A DNA stretch of 64,000 bases from the NCBI GenBank assembly GCA_964016885.1, contig OZ024743.1, positions 261,454,001-261,518,000 of the forward strand, given 5' to 3'. The translations under genes were made by a program, and so were the position numbers. The number at the start of each line of letters is the position of its first letter. Positions within the stretch are counted from its first letter, which is position 1. This document shows positions 38,830-52,655 of the stretch, one piece after another. Origin of the DNA: Eledone cirrhosa. Its lineage: Eukaryota. The notes under the pieces were generated by a model. That model saw nothing but the letters and a program-made list of their open reading frames with translations. It did no database searches and was not told the DNA's origin.

Positions 38830-39460
38830 TATAATTGTTTAGATATAAAATGCTTCATCTTTATGACAAAAACAACAAAACACAGACACGACAACAAAAA
38901 ACAATCTTTTTATGAGCCACAAGAATTTTATCCATTTCACCCTATCATCTACATTAAAGGTTGTCAATGGGGGGCATTTGAAACTTTGAGGGCGCTAGAA
39001 GCCCCTTTAGTTTGGTAAGTTTTATAAGTCATATTTGTACGTCTCTTAGACAGTCAGTGATTTGAATGAAGAAAACAAAGAAAATAAATAAAAGAAGCTT
39101 GTCAACGAATTCCCTAGGGAGATAAAAGAAAATCAAAAGAAATCAAAGAGAATGAAAGTAAGGACTCCTTCAACAGAAATGACAAAAAGAAGCAATGGTG
39201 GTGAACATATATACACACACATACATAGATACACACACACACACATATATATACACACACAGGCCTGCGTTAGTTATTGATGAAGTTGAGAACCCGGTCA
39301 ACTTTCAGCCATAAGTGTGGTATTTAATCTCCCTAGGTAATAAAATCTGGCGACAAAAATGTTCTCCTTACCAAAAAAAGAAGACATAGATCATTTCAAC
39401 ATCCTTACACACTTAAATATAAATGAATGTATGTATGTATGTATATATATATGTGTGTAG

Positions 39461-39497
<37 letters not shown>

Positions 39498-39500
<3 letters not shown>

Positions 39501-40292
39501 TCATCATCATCATCACCGTTTTACGTCCGTTCTTCCACGCTAGCATGGGTTAGACGGGTTGTCCTGTTGTGTGCAGTGTCTGGTCGGCTGACCATGCCTT
39601 GCTCATACAGGAACTGATCTGGCTTGATTTCTACAGCTGGATGCCCTTCCTAACACCAACCTCATTTACAGTGAGTGCTGTGTGCTTTTTCGTGGCGCCT
39701 ACACGTCCACTTTACAGTGTGGGCTGGGTGCTTTTTTTGCAGTGGGGGGTGTGGGGGCATATTGTCTATATGCTTCAGCTTGTACCCATGGGAGGTCGGG
39801 TACTCTGTATTACTGCGTGACGCCAGAGGTCACGGTCGTGTGTCATCGCCTTTGAGAGGTGTAATTGGGTAAGGTCGGCTTTTATCACTTCATCCCAGGT
39901 CATCTTGGGTCTTCCCACTCCGCGGTTTCCATCGACTTCTAGTGCTCTGCACCTTTTTATGCAGCTGTCATCCTTCATACGCATAACATGCCCATACCAG
40001 CGCAACCGCCTCTCCTGCACACAGCATTTGATTCCTCTTATGCTCAGTCTCTCTCTCAATTCATTTATGCTTTGTCGTTCACGTATATTGCTGTTACACA
40101 TCCATCGGAGCATGCAGGCTTCGTTTCTCTCTAATCTACGTAAGTCTTCCACCTTCAGCGACCAGGTCTCACTACCATGCAACATCGCTGTTCGGATACA
40201 CGCATCATACAGTCTGTCTTTCATTTTGAGGGAGAAGCCTTTTGCAGCTAGCAGTGGTAGTAGTTCCCTAAACTTCTTCCATCCCGTTCTTA
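39498..40292 (-). mobile_element. 5'-truncated RTE LINE
   Basis: ORF 39775..40224, RTE C-terminus; gat tail; (TA)n on both sides. Confidence 0.85.
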
Positions 40293-40338
40293 CCCTTATA
40301 TATATATATATATAAATCTAGATACATATGGTACAAAT

Positions 40339-40680
40339 GGAGGCACATGGCTTAGTGGTTAGAGCATTGGCCTTGCAATCGAAAGGTTGTGAGTTCAATT
40401 CTCAAACTGGGTGATGTGTTGTTTCCTTGAGCAAGACACTTTATTTCACATTGCTCCAGTTTACTCAGCTGGAAAAATGAGATGATAGGGTCCCCAGTCC
40501 CTATCATTCCAATGCAAAGTGGTCGTGGAGGTATCACGGCAAAAAAGCACCCAGCACTCACTGTAAATGAGGTTGGTGTTGGGAAGGGCATCAAGCTGTA
40601 GAAATCAAGCCAGAATCAATTCCCGTCCCACCCTTGCAAGCAGGGAAAAGCGGACGTAAAATGAAATGAATGAATGAAAA
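40339..40680 (+). mobile_element. tRNA-head CORE-type SINE with RTE tail
   Basis: A-box tggcttagtgg, B-box gagttcaattc, CORE-like segment, (tgaa)n tail. Confidence 0.75.
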
Positions 40681-40755
40681 TGATATATAAATTTACATAT
40701 ATAGATATATATAAATCTACATATATATAAATCTACATATATATATATACATATG

Positions 40756-42110
40756 TTGTTTACCTTGACTTTGCTAAGGCTTTTAATTCTGTGCCACACA
40801 AAAGACTTATGGCAAAACTCTCTGCAATGGGTGTGAGGGATGATCTTTTCGACTGGCTGAAATCCTTCATTCTCAGCCGAAAGGAAGTAGTCACAGTTCT
40901 AGGACAGCATTCTTCACCATATGAGATGTCATCTGGTGTACCACAGGGATCTGTTCTTGGTCCTCTTTTGTTTGTGGCATATATTAATGACATAGATGCC
41001 AACTTACAGAATGCCACGGTACTAAAATATGCAGATGACATCAAGCTGTACCTTGAAATCAAAAGGACTGATCCTGAAATTTACAACTCTTTCCTCCTAC
41101 AATCAGACCTGGACACAATGCAGCAATGGATCACAGACTGGCAACTGAAGCTGGCTGTGGACAAGTGTACCACCATGCATTTTGGAAGGAAAAATCCAGC
41201 GTCCACATACTCCCTCCACAACACTGACATCAAAAAGTCCTCTTGTGAACGTGACCTGGGCATTACTGTCAGCAACGATTTGCGTTGGACAAAGCATGTC
41301 TCTAAGATTGTCAAGAAGGCCGAGGGTGTCTTGGCATCACTCAGCAAGACCTTTGTTAGCCGCTCTCCAGCCATCTATTTAAAACTGTATACAGCTATGG
41401 TGCGACCACACTTGGAATTCGCATCATCAGTCTGGAACCCCTATCTTGCTCGGAACATTGACCTCCTGGAAACTGTTCAGAGACGTGCAACCAAGCGCAT
41501 ACCCTCCATCAGACACCTACCATACTCTGAACGCCTTGCTTCCCTGGGCATGGATTCATTGAAGCTCCGACGTCTGGCAGTGGACTTGGTGAATACCCAC
41601 AAAGTTTTTAACCATCTCGCCAACTGCAACCCTGAGCGCCTCTTTGATCTCCATGTATCTAACACACGTGGACATGCCTACAAGATAAGAAAACAGCACA
41701 GCTCCCATGACTTTCGCAGACATTTTTTCACGCTCAGAGTTGCTGAAACATGGAACAAACTGCCTGCGTCAATTGTTAGCTGCCGAGACACTGCGTCCTT
41801 TAAGACACTCATGCTTCCCGAAATACGCCAAAACTACACCTGATGTGCCCCTTCCATACACATGCACACATGTGTGCACTGTTCATTTTACTGATGTTTG
41901 TGCATTGCCCTATGTACTGTACATGCACTTTTTTGATGGGTTGTGGTGCACCTGGGCACTGTGCACAAAATTTCATTATTGTTATTGTTATTATATCATG
42001 ACTCATACACTGTTTATTTTCCTGACATTTGTACATTATTCTATGTACTATACATGCACCTTTGATGAGTTGTAGTGCACCTGAGCACTGTACACAATAA
42101 TTTCATTATT
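40756..42110 (+). mobile_element. 5'-truncated CR1-group LINE with open RT C-terminal ORF (40791..41843)
   Basis: LDFAKAF, SGVPQGSVLGPLLF, YADDIKL, ERDLGI, VRPHLEFASSVWNP, TRGH..K; duplicated 3' UTR with att tails. Confidence 0.9.
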
Positions 42111-42132
42111 TCATATATATAAATATACATAT

Positions 42133-42528
42133 ATCATCATCATCACCGTTTTACATCTGTTCTTCCATGCTAGCATGGGTTAGATGGGTTGTCCTGTTGT
42201 GGGTAGTGTCTGGTCGGCTGACCATGCATTGCTCATACAGGAACTGATTTTGGCTTGGTTTCTACAGCTGGATGCCCTTCCTAACACCAACCTCATTTAC
42301 AGTGAATGCTGGGTGCTTTTTTGCCATGGCGCCTACACGTCCACTTTACAGTGTGGGCCAGGTGCTTTTTTGCGTGGCACCTCCATGACCACTTTGCAGT
42401 GGGAGGGTGTGGGGGCATATTGTCTATATGCTTCAGCTTGTACCCATGGGAGGTCGGGTACTCTGTATTACTGCGTGACGCCAGAGGTCACGATCGTGTG
42501 TCATCGCCTTTGAGAGGTGCAACTGGGT
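42133..42528 (-). mobile_element. RTE 3' fragment
   Basis: Near-identical to 39498-39870. Confidence 0.75.
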
Positions 42529-42530
42529 AG

Positions 42531-42810
42531 ATATATAAATATACATATATATATATAAATATACACATATATAAATATACATATATATAAATATAAATAT
42601 ACATATATATATATAAATATACATATATATATATATATATAAATATACATATATACATATATATATATATAAATATACATATATATATATAAATATACAT
42701 ACATATGTATGTATATATATATATATGTATATTTATATATATATATGTATATTTATATATGTATATTTATATATGTATATTTATATATATATGTATATGT
42801 ATATTTATAT
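42531..42810. repeat. Compound (TA)n-rich microsatellite
   Basis: atataaatatac / gtatatttatat units. Confidence 0.85.
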
Positions 42811-43767
42811 ACTAGACATGAAAAATGCGCAAGCTCAAAAGTGCCACAGAATGTTATAATAAACCTTCAAAAGTGTGGGACTAGAGTTGTTGCTAAAAAA
42901 TATTGTAATCATTATATATCGTACATTCTGTGGCATCCTTTATAAAAATAGCTTAAACCAACGAAGCCTTTATTTTTACGCTATTTCACTTAGTTAATTC
43001 TTAGAGTGTAACATATAAAAATATGATTTACAACTATAAAATAAATTAATTAATATAATAACAGAGCTGCGGAGCTGAAATTTAGGAAATAATGGAGTAT
43101 CGGATCCTGAGTTGGAGCCAGTCAATTTTTGACCGACTCCGCAGCCCTGTATAATACATTTCATATTAAAGTTATTAATAAACCTATTTTACACTTCATG
43201 CAAATTACCACGAGATATTGATATTAGATATAAGATACAGCGCAATATCTACAGCTGTAAAAGTACGAAAGCGAAGTAATAATAAGTGGCTTAAGGTAAT
43301 TCCAATATGAAAGTTTGTAGTGATAAAAATTTGATAATGCAATACGATTGTTAATATTATAGTTCTATGAAAATGTAACAATAGATAACTAAATTATTTT
43401 ACTATTAGTATATTTAAGAAATTATCATTATAGATTTGATCGTTCATATAAGCATCATATTAAGTTTCAACACAATTATTTTGTTACTATGAGTATATGA
43501 TAATAATATTACGTAATTATTTATAGCTGTTATTACATTAAACATAGATGTATTTATTTTTATATGTTACACTCTAAGAATTAACTAAGTGAAATAGCGT
43601 AAAAATAAAGGCTTCGTTGGTTTAAGCTATTTTTATAAAGGATGCCACAGAATGTACGATATATAATGATTACAATATTTTTTAGCAACAACTCTAGTCC
43701 CACACTTTTGAAGGTTTATTATAACATTCTGTGGCACTTTTGAGCTTGCGCATTTTTCATGTCTAGT
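42811..43767. mobile_element. Foldback-type element with 213-bp inverted arms (42811-43023 / 43555-43767)
   Basis: actagacatgaaaaatgcgcaagctc... is reverse-complemented at ...gagcttgcgcatttttcatgtctagt; no mismatch seen by eye; no ORF. Confidence 0.85.
43062..43149. mobile_element. 88-bp hAT-type MITE nested in the foldback spacer
   Basis: TIRs cagagctgcggag / ctccgcagccctg; 8-bp flanks tataataa / tataatac. Confidence 0.6.
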
Positions 43768-44957
43768 TTAATATTTTTTTAAGGCAACGCTTGTAATAAC
43801 TCTAGTTAAACAGGATATATATTAATAATAAATTATCGTTGTAATGTAATTAGATTATGTAATTGTTATTATAAATTATCTTATAAATATTAGTGTAAGA
43901 TGTATAAAAATATTTTCAGACTTTTAATATAAACAACTACAAAAAACAATCAATATTAAATCAATATATTATACATAATAGAAAACATAAAATAAACAAT
44001 ACAAAAACAAAATATTTACATACAATTGCAATTATCAGTGTATATACATTTTCTTTATATTCCCTGAGCAAATTAATAAGATTTGTTTTTATTGTACATA
44101 ATTTGATGACTTGTTGGAGTGTATTAAAAGATAGCAACAATTTGTGATTAAATTGTTATCTTAAGCAACTCACTTTTTAATAGTTGTTGGCTGAGCGAAA
44201 TTGTAAAAGCCTATGAGCAAATATAAAAAAAAATACACAAACAACATTTCCTTGTGTTATTACAACATTAGATAAAATAATTGAGCAATGTCGTTATATT
44301 TTGCTCTTATTGCACATTAATAGTGTTTCTATTTTTCGGCACAAATCCATTACGGCAGTCCATTACTGGTACTTTATTTTATCGAATTAGTAAGTATGAA
44401 AGTCGAAGTTAACCTCGGCAGGATTTGAACTTAGAATGCAAAGGACCATAACAATACTGCAAAGCATGGTGTCTGACGCTCTACCAATACTTGTGTTGAG
44501 CTGGTCATTAATTTATGGTGGTCGTGCGTGGAGTAGAGCAATCGCTAGTTGAAATATTATGAACAAAACATTTTTATTTGCCGAAGAACATATTTTCAAT
44601 ACTGTTAGTGAATGTGACGAAGGAAATACATTCTGATATGGAACAGTGTACAAAGTGTGTCTGTGAATAATATAATGTTACCTCATGTTGTTGTCAAGAC
44701 AATGAATTTCGTATATCCAGTTAGAAGATGAAACCTAGCCATCTCGGATTAGTTATATTTCATGCCATGTGTAAACGTGTTTGAGGATAGCAAAATATGC
44801 GTGTTTCTTGTCTGGAAACTTTCTGCTAAACTGATTGGTTTCGTTTTTGGCACTATACAATACTCATCCAACAGATAACTGTATTGGATCCTTGATTGGT
44901 TAATATTTAGGTGAGGGTGCTTGATGCAGAGTTAGTGCAAAATGGATCAATGAGTGT

Positions 44958-45612
44958 AATAATAATAATGATAATAATAATGAAAATATTGTGTACAATG
45001 CTGAGGTGCACTACAACTCATCAAAAGTGCATATATAATACATAGGGTAATATAAAAACGTCAGGAAAAAAGAACAGTGCATGAGTCATGATATACACAT
45101 ATGTGCATGTGTATGGAAGGGGGACATCAGGTGTAGTTTTGGTGTATTTCGGAATGTATGATGGTTTTAAAGGATGCAGTGTGTCATCAGCTAACAACTG
45201 ATGCAGGAAGTTTGTTCCATCCTTCAGCAACTCTGAGCATGAAGAAATATTTCCTAAAGTCATGGGAGCTGTGTTGTTTTCTGACTTTGTAGGCATGTCC
45301 ACGTGTTAGACACATGGAGATCAAAAAGGTGTTCGGGGTTGTTGTTGGTCGGATGGTTAATAACTTTGTGGGTGTTTACCAAGTCCATTGCCAGAGGGAA
45401 GCAAAATATTCAGGGTATGGTAGGTGTCTGATGGAGGGTATGCGCTTGGTTGCATGTCTCTGAACAGTTTCCAGGAGGTCAATGTTCTGAGCAAGATAGG
45501 GGTTCCTGCAACATCAAGACCCAATTTACAAGTGCAGCGTTGCTCATTCACATCGGCAGTGGGGACACCAAAATCAGTGACAGGTCTCGATTCACTCGCG
45601 AGATACATCACA
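44958..45612 (-). mobile_element. Older CR1-group LINE 3' fragment, same family as 40756-42110
   Basis: Reverse complement matches the 3' coding end and UTR (acacctgatgt..ccttccatacacatgcaca); taa-repeat tail. Confidence 0.75.
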
Positions 45613-47099
45613 GCTACACTATATATTTAAACATATATACAGTGGTACCTCGCTACTTGGCGGTTCAACTATCACGGATTCACGATTTCGCGCATTTTTA
45701 GAATATATATATGAACACCTAAAATTTTTCATTAAATCCATTAAAATATTAATAATAAACACAGTTCTAATCATACGCTATATATATATATATATAAATA
45801 TAAGTAATTAATACCGTATAAATGGTACAAAGACTGTTTATGTAAAATGTATTTCTCAACAGAGTATTGAATACTTAGGAGAAATTCAAAACGAAGAGTG
45901 ATATATATATAGACAAAGCCTGAAGCGCTAATTATAATAATTAGTTAATAATATTACAAAATATATTAATATTATATTAAATATATACTGAAACAAATTT
46001 GTAAGTCATTACCTAATTAAACTCTTTGCTTGAAATTTTATCATTCTTCGTTGAGAGAGAGAGAGAGAGAGATTTATCTAGTCCTTCGCTCAAGATTAAT
46101 CTATAAGTTTAGATGTCTGCCTTCGTTTAAGTAAATATTACAGTAAGATTTTTAATATAAACAACTACAAAAAACAATTAATATTAAAACGAAAAAATTA
46201 TCAATGATAAAAGAAGCGGATGCAACTTTTTTTTTTATAAAGTTATATTCCTGTTTCTTTAAAGAACATTTCATTTTTGTTCTATTGTAGGCGAAATAAT
46301 GCAATGGTTTTATAGGGAAGATATAACTTACCAATTATGTCTCTAACCGTGTAACGCTTTTTAAGTAGATAACTACAATTGAAAATACTAAAGAAATGGA
46401 ACCAACAATTCAATTTGAAAGTCGTCTAGTGACAGTGTATTACTGGTACTTTATTTTATCGACCCCGTAACGATGAAAGGCAAAAATGCAAATGCTTAAA
46501 ATTTAAATTGCCTTAATTCTATCGTCTGCTGTTTCATTAAAGGGAGATTATCGTCTGTATTTAATTCTATCGTCTACTGTTCCACTAAACAGATATACCT
46601 CCACTATCGTCTCTATTTATACATTTTAACTTATAACTTATACACATTTGATTTGAAATATTTTATCTAGTCCCCCCTCTCAATATTATGATGATTTCTT
46701 TCGAATGAAACAGTTCTAGTCCTGTAGAAGCCATTTATATATATAATTGAACTGAGTTAAAAATTCACAATATTTATAATTAAATAAGCTCATATATATA
46801 TGTGTGTATTTATCTGTTTATTGTATTATATATAATGTGTGTATATACAGGATGTCCCCCAAAAATATATACACACTTCAACAACATTCTAATAACTATT
46901 GCCTGTACAGGTAATCAAAGTGTCAATCGAATGTTAGTTTCGTGTTTTAACAGTACAAATTTACAATACACACATAAAACCAGTGTATATACATACATGA
47001 GTGTGTATACACATACATGAATGTGTATATACAATATATATGTATATATATATAGACACATATATTCACGGTGCAACGGAACATTAAAATATAGATGCG

Positions 47100-47440
47100 G
47101 GGGGGGGGGGTATATATAGGGGCGCTGGGGATAAAGGAGTGTAAAGCGTGTGTAATTGATATATTGAAGGAGAGGAGCGTGCAGCGATAGAGTAACAAAT
47201 ATATAGAGAGGGGGAGAGATGGTATTGAAGGGGAGGAGTGCAAAGCGAAAGAGTAAGAGAGATATATATAGAGACGGAACAGAGAGAGAGAAACAGGCGT
47301 AAGTAACAGTGGAAGAGATATAGAGAGAGGGGGTAATAAATAAATGGAAATATAAGTGTAACAGTATAAGAGATATATGTTATTGAAGGGGAGGAGTGTA
47401 AAGCGAAAGCGTAAGATATATATAGAGAGAGGGGGAATAG
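47100..47440. repeat. Diverged purine-rich tandem repeat
   Basis: attgaaggggaggagtgtaaagcg-like unit repeated about 4 times. Confidence 0.5.
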
Positions 47441-47609
47441 TATATATATATATATATATATATATCAACACTTACTCTGATTGGTTGAAAATTAGCCAAT
47501 GACATACGATCACCACCACCACGGCTATCCCCGGAAAATTTATGAAGAAGTTAGGCATATATGTTAGAACACGAAAAGTGAACATTCTGTTGTTTCACAC
47601 TTTTCGTGT

Positions 47610-49918
47610 TCTAACAGATATGCAAAAAGGGAAGCAGAGGATAGAAAGTTCAAGCATGTTCTACAACGCGCTGTGTTCAGGATTGCTAGACAATGTGTCA
47701 AGGAAAACCATGATATTGTCGGGGAGAAGTGTGTCCGTAATGATAACGGTGTACTTGCCCTCACTGATGCTGATAAGAAGATAGCCTGGAAGTGTCACTA
47801 CGAGAGACTATTAAATGAGGAGAATAAATAGGAAAAAGATAGTCTGCCCCAAATCGATCCAATAGAAGGACCAGCGGTGCAAGTTAAAGGTAATATAATA
47901 AGTAAGGCAATCAAAGATATGAAGACAGGCAAAGCAGCTGGGCCTTCGGAGATAGTTGCTGAGATGTTGAAGGCATCTGGAATGGTGGGACATACTATGG
48001 TCACCCGTATAGTTAACCAAGTAATACAGAATGGGGGTCATACCGAAAGACTGGCGTAGCAACATCATCATTAACTACTACAAGGGTAAAGGAGATGCTC
48101 TAGATAGAGGCATTAAGTTAATTGACCAGGTCATGAAGGTCACATAGAGTTATAGCGCAACTAATCAGAGAGCAAATTGATCTAGATGAAATGCAGTTTG
48201 GGTTTGTGTCAGATAAAAGTACCACAGATGCTCTTTTCCTTGTACGACAGCTACAAGAGAAGTACCTAGCTAAAAGTAAACCCCTCTACTTAGCTTTTGT
48301 AGACCTGGAAAAAGCCTTTGACAGAGTCCCCCGTTCCATTATCTGGTGGGCTCTTAGAAAACTAGATGTAGATGAATGGCTTGTGAGAGCTATACAAGCT
48401 ATGTATAATGAAACAGTCAGTAAGGTTAGAATTAACAATGAATATTGTGAAGAATTTAGTGTAAAAGTTGGTGTTCACCAAGGCTCTGTCCTTAGCCCCC
48501 TCCTATTTATTATTGCTCTTCATGCTATGACAGAGGAGTTCAAGACCGGCTGCCCATGGGAACTCCTATACTCAAATGATCTAACGCTCATAGCTGAATC
48601 AATGGCTGAACTAGAAAAGAAATTCCAAACATGGAAGCATGGCCTAGAATCAAAAGGCCTTAAAGTTAACTTGTCTAAGACTAAAGTCCTAGTTTGTAGA
48701 AAGGAAAATAAGGCACAGGTACCCTCAGGGAAATGGCCTTGCTCAGTGTGTAGGAAAGGAGTAGGCAGAAATTCAATTTTATGTCCCAAATGCAAAGTAT
48801 GGGTACATAAAAGATGTAGTGGGATCACAGGTAAACTATCTAAGAACGTAGACTTTATATGTGGCCGATGCTCAGGTGCAATAGGTAGCAAGTGTCCACA
48901 GGATACTGGCCCCTTCCATTGCCCAGATGGTTCTATAGAAATAGTAGACACTTTCCGTTACCTGGGTGACGAAATCAGCAGTGGGGGAGGGTGCTCTGAA
49001 AGTACAGTAGCCAGAGTCAGAACGGGATGGAAAAAGTTCAGAGAGCTTATACCGCTGTTGGCCACAAAAGGTTTCTCTCTAAAAATGAAAGGCAGATTGT
49101 ATGATGCTTGTATACGAACATCAATGCTACATGGCAGTGAGACCTGGGCATTGTGTGCAGAGGACATGCGTAGGCTGGAAAGGAATGAAGCATGCATGCT
49201 CCGTTGTAATAGTAATATACGTGAACGGCAAAGCATAAATGAACTAAGTGAGAAATTAGGAATAAGAGGGATCAGATGCTGTTTACTCGAGAGAAGACTA
49301 CGTTGGTATGGCCACGTGATGCGCATGAAAGACGACAGCTGTATAAAAAGTGCAGGGCGATCAAAATTGATGGTAGTCACGGAGTAGGTAGACCCAGAAA
49401 AACCTGGGACGATCTGATAAATTCTGACCTTACACACTTACACCTCTCTAAGACAATGTCACTGGACTGAGATCTTTGGCGCTACGCAGTAATACAGAAG
49501 ACCTGCCTTGCCTATGTACAAAGCGAAACCTACAGTCAGTAGGCACCTCTTAACCAAATATACACCCCAATCCACTACCCCTACCCTATCCTCCCACTCC
49601 CACCAGCACCACCCCCTCTCTATAAAGTTGGTACCACAACATCCAGTCCAAATAAATGAGATCGAGATCGTGTAGGTGTCATGAGAAAAAAACACACAGT
49701 CCACGCTGTAATGTGGCTGTGTAGGTAACACGGTAAAAAGTTCCCAGTTCCACACTGTAAATGTGGTTGGTGTTAGGAAGGGCATCCAGCCATAGACAAT
49801 CTGCCAGATAGTTCTATATGAGCGAGACACGGTCACCCGACCAACCTTGCCTCAAGTGGGACAACTCCCGTCTAACCCATGCTAGCGTGGAAAGTGGACG
49901 TTAAACGAGGATAATGAT
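47610..49918 (+). mobile_element. 5'-truncated RTE LINE with long RT ORF (48191..49387)
   Basis: AFVDLEKAFDRVP, VGVHQGSVLSPLLF, catalytic YADD mutated to YSND, Cys module, family 3' UTR. Confidence 0.9.
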
Positions 49919-50191
49919 ATGCAGTGTGACGAGAAGCTTGTTTCCCAACCACATACTTCCAGGTTCAGTCCCACTGCCCGGGCCGACCAAAGCCCTGTGA
50001 GTGGATTTGGTAGATCGAAACTAAAAGAACCCCGTCGTATATATGTCTGTGTGTGTCTTTGTGTTTGTGTTTGCCCTCCCACCAATGCTTGTTGGTTTGT
50101 TGACGTCCCCATAACATACCAAGGTGATGCTCCAGCATGGGCGTAGTCCAGAGACAGAAAAAAAAGTAAAATATATGTGTGTGTGTGGAGA

Positions 50192-50593
50192 AGAGGCGTC
50201 TCAAACTCAAGGACACAAAGGGGCTATTACGTCTTGGAGGAGAGGCACAGTGGGCCAAACGTGGTGGTGGGTGAACATTTTCACCAGTTTTAATCATTTC
50301 TACTATAGGAACAAGGCATGAAATTTGGGGATTAGGGTTCGATTGCATCGATCCTAGCACACAACTGGTACTTAATTCATCGACCCAAAAAGGATGTACG
50401 GCAAAGTTGAGATCGGCGGAATTTGAACTCAGAACGTAAAAACGGAAGAAGTACCGTTAAGCATTTCGCCAGATGTGCTAACAATTCCACCAGCTCGCCG
50501 CCTTATTTTCACCAGTTATAATGCGATATGAAATATTGGTTCTACCACGGACCACAGATAACTAGTTCGCGGGCCGCATGTGTGAGCCCCCTG
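50192..50593. mobile_element. hAT-like MITE interrupted by an OK SINE (50290-50504, minus strand)
   Basis: Ends gaggcgtctcaaact / tgtgagccccctg; SINE head ggcggcgagctgg..gagttcaaattccgccg flanked by 13-bp duplication attttcaccagtt. Confidence 0.6.
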
Positions 50594-51194
50594 TTGGAGA
50601 TAGATAGATAGATGTGTACCAAACACACACACATTTCTTACTCTCTCTGTCCCTCCCTCTTTCTCTCTTCATTTATATATATATATATATGTGTGTGTGT
50701 GTGGAGCGTTGTTGAAAAGAACAGTGGCCTTTGACCTGGCAATAAAAAATGGAGACAAAATTATTTCTGTACCCAAACCAAAGCGCACACACACACACAC
50801 AAGTTTGTGTGTGTGTGTGCGTGTCTCTGTGTCTGTGTATCTATATATAAGGGATACAAATACTACTTTCTCACTGTCTCCAAGCTTCATTCATTGCTAA
50901 GTATTTTATTTTGCATGGTACTATTTTTCCCCTGAGTTTGTGATTTCAGAGAAAGGTAAGAAACTCTTCATATTTTACATCTTTTGTATTTTGACTTTAC
51001 AGTTTGAATTGTAGAATTGTTTATCCAATCAAAATATTACAACAGCTAACAGTGAAATATAGAATTTAAAAAAAAAAGCTTTTTCAACTGAAATCAAGTC
51101 TTTGAGAACATTCACGTCTATTTTTCAAAAATATATAATTTGAAATAGTTTGCTTTTGTTTTGGACTGAAACTTTTTTTGTATTTAATTCGTAG

Positions 51195-51915
51195 GGGTAT
51201 TTTTTAAAGATTCTAACATAACTTGATTTGGCCCATTACGTGCACTGCGGCATTCATATTTCTCAACTTATTATAACTAAGTCCGTACAACAAGCTTCAC
51301 TTATCAAAACTGTTCTAGATTACGTGAATGAATTGCGGAAACTATATAGTACATCAGAGAAATTTAAGCAAGCATATTTATCACAACATGATGAAGAAAA
51401 TGAAGCATCGTCACCACGCTCCTTAACACCTGTGTGCCCTACTCGATGGCTAACACGACTTTCTGCAGTCAAAGCCCTTCTTGACAATTATTCAGATGTC
51501 CCTATTTCTTTACAAGAGGCAACAAATGAGTTTGGCACCAACATTGCATCCAGAGCTAATGTTATTCTTACGTGTCACTCTCCGGGCCAATGTGTTCTTG
51601 GATTGCACTTTGTAGTTCCATTAGTTCAATTCCTTGAAGGATTGAACAAATCTTTTCAAAGTACCACCTTCAATCTAGGTAGCATGTTGCATAGTGTCAA
51701 ACTGGTGCAGGAGGAGCTAAAAAAATCTACGCAGTGAAGAAAAATTTCAGGAGCTGTTCAATACAGCAGAAAAAATGATTTATCAACTCGATATTTCTCC
51801 TTTGGAGCTACCCAGGCAACGAAAAGTTCCTAAAAGATACCAGGAAGGAAATGCGTTAAAATATCAACACTGCACTGCTTTGGATCATTACAGAGTGCAG
51901 TATTTGCAGGTAGCG
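51195..51915 (+). mobile_element. hAT transposase fragment
   Basis: YVHCGIH..L, VCPTRWLTR, LNKSFQS, LPRQRKVPKRY motifs. Confidence 0.75.
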
Positions 51916-52655
51916 GAGCTCCTGGAAAAGAGCAACATTATTCACTGACCCATTCATCACTGTGATCGACTTGACCTCGATACTTCAGCTCATTCTTACT
52001 AACATTCGGTTTGCTTGACCCCATCTTATCTTCATTGCATTTCCACATCATTTATTCTATAACTAGGTTGTTGCTATTCCTATATAAACTGACTGTTTAT
52101 ACTACGATCAAGTCTTGTTATAGCCTTGGGTTTAAGGAAAAGCTTTTGTAGTCTTCAACAGTCATCCATTATAATTGCAACACCATTACAAGAATATCAC
52201 AGTGATGCATTAAGGTAAGAGCGATAATTTGAGTAACTCTGACTAATAAGTAATGTCTTAACTTAGTATTATCGCGTCTTATCACTACGTGCTTAATTGA
52301 TGAATTCCATTTCAAAATAACACATTACTAGTCATTCTTGCATTAAGTTCTCTTGAACTCGTTGCCTCGTTTATTGAGTCTGCCACCTTAATTCCTTCAA
52401 GCTAAGTTATTACTATTCCTACATGAAAGACTGGTTAATCTTCATATATAACTTGTCTCGACTTGGTTAATTAATGACAGTATTTGTGTTTTTCATTGCA
52501 GTTTTGTTTATTACAAAGTGTTATTCCAGAACATTACTTGAAACTGTATCATACTGGAACAGGACTCATTATAGTAAGTTCCTTATACATAATTTTATAG
52601 GCTTATATAGGCAAATCTTTGCGTAACTTTACCAAACACATTCGCTAAACAGAAA

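Noticed and set aside
40339-40415. tRNA gene (also at 16540-16610, 29850-29925, 61500-61577)
   Set aside because: tRNA-like heads run directly into SINE core and LINE tail, with no proper acceptor stem or terminator.
42433-42945. YI/IY-rich ORFs (also at 3832, 4426, 15682, 20003, 39423)
   Set aside because: Translations of (TA)n microsatellites.
43918-46188. 42-bp direct repeat (ttttaatataaacaactacaaaaaacaat) at about 43918 and 46146 as possible LTRs
   Set aside because: Short, AT-rich, no TG..CA ends, primer-binding site or internal ORF.
48191-49387. Active reverse transcriptase
   Set aside because: 5'-truncated, catalytic YADD reads YSND, frameshift at the C-terminus.
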